Of a stretch of 45,525 bases of DNA, positions 1 to 8,854 are shown in pieces. Made by a program: the position numbers and the translations under genes. Each line of letters opens with the position of its first letter. Position 1 is the stretch's first letter. The notes below the pieces were generated by a model, which ran no database searches, was not told the origin of the DNA, and was given only the letters and a program-made list of their open reading frames with translations. Origin of the DNA: Octopus sinensis (lineage: Eukaryota); assembly GCF_006345805.1 (NCBI RefSeq), contig NW_021834560.1:1-45525 (forward strand), given 5' to 3'.

Positions 1-78
1 TAATGGGGATTATGAAGGTATAGTAGCTTGGAAAACTCACTCTGGTTGTTCTGATAAGAAAAGAACTCCTAAATTGTT

Positions 79-222
79 GGTGAGATCCAGGCCACAATTG
101 ACAATGATCCCTCCAAGTCAATCAGGTCCATTGCCAGGTACATGGGCGTGACTGAGTTTCTTATCAGGCCGGTAGTGTATCAAGACATACAGTATTCCTT
201 CCTCATACAAGATTAGAAAGGG
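79..222 (+). mobile_element. Tc1/mariner-type transposase remnant (HTH region), frameshifted
   Basis: Translates as GEIQATIDNDPSKSIRSIARYMGVTEFLIRPVVYQDIQYS, then after a frameshift SYKIRKG. This resembles the 'P..S.R.IA..MGVS....R.V...L....YK' HTH segment of mariner-like transposases. It is cut off by the LINE at ~223. Confidence 0.6.
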
Positions 223-617
223 CATCGAGAGTTACGCAAATGCCAGAACTGGGCGCCACTGCGTGGTGCCTAGGACTCCAAACCTGCCATCAAGATGTAG
301 GACAAGATTCTGTGATAGCCTGGGCTTCCGAGGCCCACAGCTCTTCAATATCCTCCCGAAGAACCTGAGAGACCTGCATGGGGTGGATACAGATGTCTTT
401 AAAATGAAGCTGGATCTCTTCCTGTCAGGTGTCCCAGATGAACCAACTTCACGGCAGGAGGGGCAGATGAGGGCAGCTGCATCGAACTCTCTCATGCACC
501 AAATAGCAGTTGCTAGAAAGCCCCCATGAAGTGAAACCAAGTAGCAACACCAATGGTGGTGCCCCAGCATGGCCACAGCTCATAAGCTGAAACTAGAATC
601 AATCAATCAATCAATCA
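223..617 (+). mobile_element. 5'-truncated CR1-group LINE 3' end with (AATC)n tail
   Basis: ORF 263-529 (RGPQLFNILPKNLRDL...FKMKLDLFLSGVPDEP...SNSL) is a typical CR1-group ORF2 C-terminus. It is followed by a short UTR and (aatc)n at ~597-617. Confidence 0.75.
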
Positions 618-709
618 TATGTACATATATATATATATATATATATATGTACATATATATATATATATATATATACATATATAATATATGTACATATATA
701 TGTACATAT

Positions 710-751
<42 letters not shown>

Positions 752-755
752 ATAA

Positions 756-792
<37 letters not shown>

Positions 793-836
793 TATATATA
801 TATATATATAATATAATATAATATACATATATATAA
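617..836. repeat. (AT)n microsatellite, imperfect
   Basis: Directly visible long AT dinucleotide tract; source of the spurious IYIY ORF 607-963. Confidence 0.95.
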
Positions 837-1157
837 TAAATTCAGAGTGAATACTTGATAAATGTAAGCACCTGTATATGCCAGCTAGTAGCATAGGTGA
901 GAGGATATATGTATCAAATGAAATGAAATAAAAAACAGGACACAAGGATGTTGCAGTACACATGTTTCGAGCTGTAAGAATAAGTTATTCTATAAAGCTT
1001 GAAACATATGTACTGCAACATCCTTTGTGTCCTGTTTTTCATTTTATTTCCTTTGATATATATATATATATATATATTTATATATTTATGTAGGTCCCGG
1101 GTTGAGTCGGGGTTAACCACAGTAAATAAGGTACTCAATACATGGCAGAGTAAATTA

Positions 1158-1393
1158 ATTTATTTTATAGAAGGAGCTTCTACAGGACTAGAACTGTTTC
1201 ATTCAAATGAAATCATCAGGAAGCTTGCTGTCAAAATAAGATCTGGCATTTATACATTAAATCTTTATACATTTATACATTAAATCTGCCTAAATGTATA
1301 AATGCCAGATCTTATTTTGACAGCAAGCTTCCTGATGATTTCATTTGAATGAAACAGTTCTAGTCCTGTAGAAGCTCCTTCTATAAAATAAAT
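1158..1393. repeat. Perfect inverted repeat: 101-bp arms (1158-1258, 1293-1393) with a 34-bp spacer
   Basis: The arm atttattttatagaaggagc...tttatacatt is matched base for base by its reverse complement aatgtataaa...ctataaaataaat. Confidence 0.95.
1326..1376 (+). ncRNA. Type I hammerhead ribozyme-like motif; mirrored copy on the - strand at 1175-1225
   Basis: Stem I AGCTTC/GAAGCT (6 bp), core CTGATGA, short stem II (T.T, TTC-attt-GAA), GAAA, stem III A-T plus CAG/CTG with an 8-nt loop, and cleavage triplet GTA (predicted cut after 1370). The canonical G10.1-C11.1 pair is absent. Confidence 0.6.
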
Positions 1394-1394
1394 A

Positions 1395-1830
1395 TATTTC
1401 ATTTTCATTTCATCTGGGTTTGAGTCCATGCTCAGGCCAAGTCGAAGACTCTACCCTCAGAGTCTGGTGTGGTTGCCAGGTTGTATTCTCTGCTTAATTT
1501 TGACATGTGTAGGAGCGAGTTTGAGTCAGTTTGTGCTCGTTGTGTATATCCTGGGAGATGGGGTTCATCTCTAATGGTGCTTAAGTATCTATCCAGCTGC
1601 AATTTGAATGATTCCACACTGCATCCTGATAGATTTCTGACATGTACCGGAATGGAGTTGAACAGTTGTGCTCCTCGAACCAACAGACTTGATTCTCGCA
1701 GGGTTTTTGCTGCCTGGCCAGCCTTTTTGTTGATTGGTGGCAGCTGGCAGCATCTTCCGTGGCGCAGTGATTGGTAGGTTTTGATACCAAAGTTTGGCAC
1801 CTTCTGCTCTATCATTTTCCAAATGTATAT
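1395..1830 (-). mobile_element. 5'-truncated CR1-group LINE 3' end, (ATGAA)n-like tail
   Basis: ORF 1432-1815 (RGAQLFNSIPVHVRNL...SFKLQLDRYLSTIRDEP...SNSLLH) carries the same CR1-type C-terminal motif as 263-529. Confidence 0.75.
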
Positions 1831-2784
1831 AATTCGGTATCGCTCAATATATATATATATATTTCGTTATTATTATCATTATCATTATTAAGGCAACAAG
1901 CTGGACAAAATGATGGACAAAATACTTAGTGGTATTTTATCCTGATGTTCTGAGTTCAAATTCTGCCAAGGTCAGCTTTGTTTTTTATCCTTTCTATAAG
2001 AACATGGAATGAAATGTATTTATTTATAAACTTCAAACTGAACTTCAATTGTTTTATAAACCTAAATAAACCCAATCTGTTTCTTAAATGAGGGACATAT
2101 TCATACGGCACAGAATGTTTTTTTTACCTCAATAGACGTCAGTGATTGGTTGAAATTGCAGAAATTGACGTCAGTGGTACGTAAATAAACGGCGTAAATT
2201 AACGAAGGTATAAACCTGACGTAAATACACGAAGTTGACGTACTTTCACTTCTGACAGCTAATACCATGACAGTGCCTTTTTGCCATTAAGGGCGATCTT
2301 TCGGTAAAGGTACCGGAAGTCCCAGGTGGCTTTGTTTACATTTCTGAAGACAACAGAAACCCTTTTCTGCCTCCCCCTCATATATATATAAAAAAAACAC
2401 TTCCTTGAAATGTATCAGGTACTTCCAGTACCTATACCGAAGTTACACCCTATTAAGTTTACGAAGGCGCAACAAAATAATGGCAGTAATAAAGGAACTC
2501 AGACGCACACACATAAACATTATATATATAAACGACGGGCTTCTTTCAGTTTCCATCTACCAAATCCACTCAGAAGGCTTTGGTCGGCCCAAGGCTATAG
2601 TAGAAGAAACTTGCCCATGGTGCTACGCAGTGGGACTGAACCCGGAACCATGTAATTGGGAAGTAAGCTTCTTACCATACAGCCACGCCTGCGCTTATGA
2701 TATATATAAAAGACGGGCTTCTTTCGGTTTCCATCTACCAAATCCACTTAGAAGATGTTGGTCCGGGGCTTAGTGGAAGATTTG

Positions 2785-3185
2785 GATGTTTACGGTTTGA
2801 ACGGCAGTTTTTTAATATAATTTCCACATAACTAAACACTTTTAAACTTCGTATACTGGTAGAATGTGTTTATAAAACATCTTTTTCTCTTGGCTTTATT
2901 GAGAAAATTCTATAGTTTCTAAGATATTTGTTGTGTTTTTTTCCTTCAATTTCTGCAATTTCAACCAATCACTGACGTCTATTGAGGTAAAAAAAAACAT
3001 TCTGTGCCGTATGAATATGTCCCTCGTTTAAGAAACAGATTGGGTTTATTTACATTTCTGAAGAAAAAAAGATACCCTTCCCCCTGACCCTAAAACAGAT
3101 TGAAATGCAATACTAGGGTCATAATTATGGGTGACAATTTCATATGACACTGCTAGAAAAAACTGCCATTCAAACCGAAAAGATC
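2785..3185. mobile_element. MITE with GATC-ended terminal inverted repeats
   Basis: gatgtttacggtttgaacggcagtttt ... aaaactgccattcaaaccgaaaagatc. The TIR is related to that of the 34878-35468 element. Superfamily not assigned. Confidence 0.65.
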
Positions 3186-3335
3186 TGAAGATTTTTCCCC
3201 AAGGTTCCCTGCAGAGGGATTAACCTGTAATGGTGTTTAGGAAGCAAGCGTCTTAACTACACATACGACAGTACTGGAATTTAGTTCTTCCAACATGGAA
3301 TTGTAAACATGTCTGGTGGAAATTGACTTTAAGCA

Positions 3336-3718
3336 TCTCTCTCTATATAAACGGCAGTTTGTCTGTGTGTGTTTCTGTGTGTCTGTTTGGTTGTACCCTC
3401 ACCCTGACCACGGCTTTCAACCGATTCTGATGAAACTTGACACACACATAGCCCATGTCATAATTCAAAACTAACGCAGCGAAAATTTTGAAAAGTTCCC
3501 CCAGTTCTGAAAAAGATCGATAAATTCGACATGGGGTCGACAATCAGAAACACAAACCACAGATGGTCTAGGGACGCAACTCGACCTTTTTAACTATCAA
3601 AAAAAATTTACCATCATTTTTTTCCCCATTTTTTTGCTATTTTTTGGCTATAACTCTCTAAAAATGCTTTATAGTTATTTCCCTTACAAACCCGAGCAAC
3701 GCCGGGCGATACTGCTAG
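3336..3718 (+). mobile_element. Non-autonomous Helitron
   Basis: A|TC 5' end, subterminal hairpin cccgagcaacgccggg (3691-3706), CTAG|T 3' end and no TSD: the canonical Helitron hallmarks. Confidence 0.8.
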
Positions 3719-4737
3719 TCCCATATAATCTTTCATAACTTATTTTATTTCTTAGAATTTTCAGAAAATTTTTACGCATAGGCTTATGAGTGGCTGTGTG
3801 GTAAGTAGCTTGCTTACCCACCACATGGTTCTGGGTTCAGTCCCACTGTGTGGCACCTTGGGCAAGTGTCTTCTACTATAGCCTCGGGCCGACCAAAGCC
3901 TTGTGAGTGGATTTAATCCTTTAGTGTTCGCATTATTCTGCCAAAATTAATGCATTTTTATCCACATTGTTTTGAACTAATCATGCATTATCTTGTAGCG
4001 ATGAGATTTTGATGAGGTACTCTCTTTACTCTTTTACTTGTTTCAGTCATGTGACTGTGGCCATGCTGGAGCACTGCCTTTAGTCGAGCAAATCGATCCC
4101 AGGACTTATTCTTTGTAAGCCTAGTATTTACAAAGCCTTGTGAGTGGATTTGGTAGACGAAAACTGAAAGAAGCTCGTCGTATATATGTATATGTTTGTG
4201 TGTCTGTGTTTGTCTCCCTAGCATTGCTTGACAACCGATGCTGGTGTGTTGATGTCCCCGTTACTTAGCGGTTCGGCAAAAGAGACTGATAGAATAAGTA
4301 CTGGGCTTACAAAGAATAAGTCCTGGGGTCAATTTGCTCAACTAAAGGCGGTGCTCCAGCATGGCCCCAGTCAAATGACTGAAACAAGTAAAAGAGTAAA
4401 GAGTATTTGTCTTCTTCACACAATAATTCATGCAAAAGAAACGAAAAAAGTTTCATTTTTTAAAACTTTTGGATCTGTTCAATCTCAAGCACAGATTTTT
4501 TAATTAATTTTTTAAAACTAAACACTTTGAAACTTCGGATACTGGTTGAATGTGTCATGGAGAACACTGTTTACTCTTAGCATTTTTGACAAAATTTTGT
4601 ATTTTAGAAGTTATTTCGTGTTGAAGTTGTCATATTTGGGTAATTTTAACCAATCAATGACATGTATTCAGCTGAAGAAAGTTAAATCTCTCACCATTGC
4701 TTTTCTTTCTCTCTCTCTCTCTCTCTCTCTCCCCTAG

Positions 4738-4915
4738 AATCCTGCGAGTGGACAAAGTATTAGAACTTCACCGCCAACGAATGTACTACGAGAAACCATT
4801 TCAAAAGAGGCGCCGACTTAGCTATGAGAGGTGTAAGAGGATCTACGACAACAGTATGAACCAGAAAATTGAGTTTCTAATGAGAAAGAACCGACCTGAC
4901 CCTTGGCTTCGATAA
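4738..4915 (+). CDS. MRPS21: Mitochondrial ribosomal protein S21, last coding exon (first coding exon not found; presumably upstream of the window)
   Basis: After a (CT)n pyrimidine tract and tag acceptor it reads (R)ILRVDKVLELHRQRMYYEKPFQKRRRLSYERCKRIYDNSMNQKIEFLMRKNRPDPWLR*. This closely resembles metazoan MRPS21 (YYEKP..RR.R.SYERC.RIY..EM.RKI.FLMRKNR.DPW). Confidence 0.93.
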
Positions 4916-5436
4916 ACAAGAATATGCTTCTGTGTGAGCCTGAGGGCCCTGCCCCCACAGGCAGAGAAGCTGGACTTTTGTGTGTCTATGTGTTTGTTGT
5001 TTTTTAGCCCCGAGTCAGCCCTGGACTCAGCAGAACTTACAATCAAGATTGGTCCAGGAGGTTCCATCAATGACCATCCCATCTATTTGTGTTTGTTGAT
5101 ACAGTTGTTGTTTTTGTTTCTTTTTAGCCCCAGGTCAGCCCTAAACCCAACAGAACTTATGATCAGAAGTGGTCCAGGAGGTTCCATCGATGACCATCCT
5201 GTCTATGACTGTATAGATGATTGTGTTGTTGTTTAGCCCTAGGCCAGCCTTGATCAAACAAGAAGGCAATTCAGGGGCTTCCAACCACGACCATCCCATT
5301 TCTCCTTGAATTTTTATACCAGTAACTATACAGTTCAATACTGACTTGAAATAGAAGGATGTAATTTGAAGGACATCTGGCTGCTATTTCTAGCAAGTTG
5401 AGTCATTTCCCTTATTGTCTCTACCATATCAGCTGG

Positions 5437-5475
<39 letters not shown>

Positions 5476-5668
5476 TAGTTTCAAGTCATTTCAAACAAAA
5501 ACAACAAAAAGAACAAATAAAGAAATTACAAACAAAAGAGGTAACTTGGTGTTTTTTAATTAATGAGCCCCTTGGGGGCAGAGTGGCAGAGTTCCTTTCG
5601 AGGGTTAGGCTTCACAGGGGCAATGGCCAAGACCTTTGGCATTACGTCATGCTTGAGAAGAAGACCCA

Positions 5669-6105
5669 TCATCATCATCGTTTAACGTCCGTTCTCCATG
5701 CTAGCATGGGTTGGACGGTTTGACCGGGGATCTGGGAAGCCAGGAGGCTGCACCAGGCTCCAGTCTGATCTGGCAGTGTTTCTACAGCTGGATGCCTTTC
5801 CTAACACCAACCACTCCATGAGTGTAGTGGGTGCTTTTAAAGTGCCACCGGCACAGGTGCCAGGGGAGGCTGGCATCGGCCACGATTCAGATGGTGCATT
5901 TTACGTGCCACCGGCACGGAAGCCGACCAATATCGCAATCGCAACAGATACCAGTGCCATGCAAATGGCCCCAGGCAGGTGGCACGTAAAAGCACCCTTG
6001 GAGTGGTTGGCATTTGGAAGGGCATCCAGCCATAGAAAACCATGCCAGATCAGACTGGATCCTGGCTCAGCCTTCCAGCATGCCAATCCAGTCAAACTGT
6101 CCAAC
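5669..6105 (-). mobile_element. RTE-LINE 3'-UTR-derived repeat(s) with (GAT)n tail; further copy at ~6279-6590
   Basis: Begins catcatcatcgtttaacgtccgttctccatgctagcatgggttggacgg, the same sequence as the tail of the RTE insertion at 12666-13803. Confidence 0.7.
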
Positions 6106-6904
6106 CCATGCCAGCATGGACAATGGATGTTAAATGATGATGATGATGAGCATGGCTGTGTGAGATGATTGCTTCCAAACCACATGGTTCCAAGTTCAAT
6201 CCCACTACATGGCAACATGGGCAAGTGTCTTCTTTAGCCTCTGGTCAACCAAAGACTTGTGAGTGGATTTGGTGAAGCATCATCATCATCATCATTTAAC
6301 GTCCATGCTAGCATGGGTTGGACGGTTCAACCGGGGTCTGGGAAGCCAGGAGGCTGCACCAGGCTCCAGTCTGATCTGGCAGTGTTTCTACAGTTGGATG
6401 CCCTTCCTAACGCCAACCACTCCAAGAGTGTAGTGGGTGCTTTTTATGTGCCACCAGCACAGGTGCCAAGTGAGGCTGGCAACGGCCACGATTGGTTGGC
6501 ACTTTTTACATGCCACCGGCACAGAAGCCAGTCAAGGCGGCACTGGCATCAGCCACGTTCGGATGGATCTTTTTACGTGGCACTGGTATCACAACTACAA
6601 TTTCTATTGATTTTTGAGCGATTTTGAATGTAAATTGAAAATGAAAGCATGTAGCTTAGTGGTTAGGGTATTTTGCTTATAGCCATAAGGTCACAAGTTC
6701 AATATCTGGCAACCCATCATCCTTGAGCAAGTCACTTTATTTTATATTGCTCCAGTCCACTCAGCTTGTAAAAGTGAAGTGTACCTGTGGTTCAAAGGGC
6801 CAGCTTAGTCACATTGTGTCATGCTGAAATTTTTTGAAAATTTTGAAACCATATTACAAATAGACACAGGCATGGCTGTGTGGTAAGAAGCTTGTTTCCA
6901 GTAT

Positions 6905-8243
6905 AGCGTTTGCTGGTTGAGCTGTTGGTTTTGTTTGGAACACACATGTTTTTTGGTTGTCTTGGCGGTGTGATGTTTTCCCTCTTGTTTAATGTTGTGC
7001 CGTCTGAGGAAGAAGTGGTGGCGTATTTGAGGAGAACTGACGAGGGAAGGGAGTGAGGATGTGGGCAAGTTCAGGGAAGGGAAATGAAGTGAGGGTGTGT
7101 GTCCCCAAGAGGTATTAAAGGAGGGGAATGGGAGAACCATAATTTGCAGAACATGCTTGGTAGCAGCCAGGAAGATTGTAGTCATGTCAACGGCTGAAGT
7201 GGAAAAAGCACTTAAACCAATCTAGCTGTAGAAACACAATGGTAGAAAATTTGGAATGGTGGAGGTGGGGTTTCGGGAGGTAGCTGCAGACAGCAACACT
7301 ATTGAGAACTGATGAAGTGGTGCTTCTATCAGTTTACCTTGGAAGGCATGCTTCCAGGATTAGGGTAGAAAACATACCCCCAGAAGTGGACATAGCCTGG
7401 CTGGTAGCTGCCATACTGCTAGGCATGGAGGAGAAGGTGGTGTCCTCCAGGACACCAGAACACCCCATAGGAACTGGCAAGGACAAAGCCTCAATACGGT
7501 GCTACAAGTTTCCGTGGAAGATATCGAAAGTATAGTAGAGACAATTATGGTCAGAGACACAACACTGAAAATCAGAGTGGAAGAGAGGATTCCGTGTTGC
7601 TATAAATGTGGCCTAGAGGGTCACATTAGAGCGGATTGTCCTTCACCACCTGTGAAGGCTAAGGAGAGATATGAGAGTGAGAAAGTGGCTGGTGCTCCAC
7701 TACCCATGGAGGTTGAGGAAAAGGAGAGTGAAGCGGTAACACAGATAAAGACCAGTACCAGCATTGAAGAAGAGGAGGTGGACAATGAAAAGGAAACAGC
7801 TAGGGAAAAGAGAAGAAAGAGAAAAACAAAAACACACGCTGTAAAGGACGATCCCCATCCCACACCCACTCTACCCCAACCACTCCCTACACACACCTGC
7901 CCTCTCCATGTCCTACCTGACATAAGCACAAACACACTGGAGCCCCAAATTTCCCCAGCCTCACCCTTGAAAAAATATGTTATAATGTACAGTGGAGACA
8001 ATGAAGAAGTGTATACCAAAATAGACTTGTGGGGCAGTGTTATAAAAGTGGAGGAATCAAGAGTGAAAGGGATGCCCCGAGTACCTTTGTTGAGTTGTGG
8101 CAGACCCAGAATATATATCAAGATTAAAGGGCTTTGAAGAAAATCATAACTATGAGTGCTGGGTCAAGAAATTGGACTCCAGCTCAATGCCTAAGCAAGT
8201 AAGTGTTTATGATATTTTAAAGAAGCATAATGTAAACATCCTT
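6905..8243 (+). mobile_element. Decayed L1/Tx1-type LINE: ORF1 with zinc knuckle plus start of the ORF2 endonuclease; 3' part missing
   Basis: ORFs 7302-7535 and 7499-8137 contain IRVENIPPEV and CYKCGLEGHIRADC (CCHC knuckle) followed by a low-complexity tail. Next comes a broken APE-like start (..SSSMPKQVSVYDILKKHNVNIL). Confidence 0.6.
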
Positions 8244-8539
8244 CGGGGGAATGATAATTAGCTGTCGTTAATAATTGTGTTATAAAATTAGTATTTAAAA
8301 AAAATACATTGTATTAACAGGTTCAATTAAGTCACTCGAAGGTGGGGCAAAACGGTTTCACTTCATCTCTCACGTTTAATTCATCCTTTCCATTCGTTTC
8401 TTCTTTTTTGTCCCCTCTATATATGGCTTTCATAGCCAATATCATGAAATAAAGGAGCTTGCTTCCAAACTACATAGTTCTAGGTTCAGTCCCACTGTGT
8501 GGCACTTTGGGCAAATGTCTTCTAATATAGCCTTGAGTC

Positions 8540-8776
8540 TGTTATAATCATCACAACAAACATGAACAATCAACGTCGCCCATTGTCTCCCTTGATAAAA
8601 GGACTTTCACTTTGTTTCCCGCCAAAACAATTAACTTGTACAACAACGGCAGTCGAATAAAGTATCTTGTATCGTTAACACGTTGCTTTCAGTCTCTCTC
8701 ATTTTCTTAATCTTTCATACTAAGTACTCACTACTTCCTTTAATACTCAATACATTATATATATATAACAACAACA
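8540..8776 (+). repeat. 5' LTR (237 bp)
   Basis: tgttataatc...acaacaaca; differs from the 3' LTR by 2 substitutions and one 2-bp indel by eye. Confidence 0.95.
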
Positions 8777-8787
8777 TGGTGTCAGAA
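8777..8787 (+). promoter_or_regulatory. Primer-binding site complementary to the 3' end of a tRNA-Leu
   Basis: TGGTGTCAGAA immediately after the 5' LTR; complementary to ...TTCTGACA-CCA of metazoan tRNA-Leu(CAA/CAG-type). Confidence 0.7.
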
Positions 8788-8854
8788 TACTAAAAGAACC
8801 CAAAATACAGAAACCAAAGGAAAAAAGAAGTTGAAATCATACTTCAAAGACGAA

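Noticed and set aside
607-963. Low-complexity ORFs (IYIY..., poly-I/L/Y/N, poly-H/T), also at 26379-26796, 31784-34235, 40732-41016 and 41091-41411
   Set aside because: These are translations of (AT)n, (TTA)n, (CAT)n and (CA)n microsatellites, with no coding signal.
2168-2400. Possible MRPS21 first coding exon in the CpG-rich patch
   Set aside because: The only ATG gives MTVPFCH*; nothing resembles the MRPS21 N-terminus (..HLKF..RTVMV..GNVE.A).
5698-6627. Recurrent ORFs reading MLAWVGRFDRGSGKP...LQLDALPNANHS (also at 12703, 20809, 36399, 38303, 38855)
   Set aside because: Antisense reading of the RTE 3'-UTR repeat; frames are inconsistent between copies. Not a protein family.
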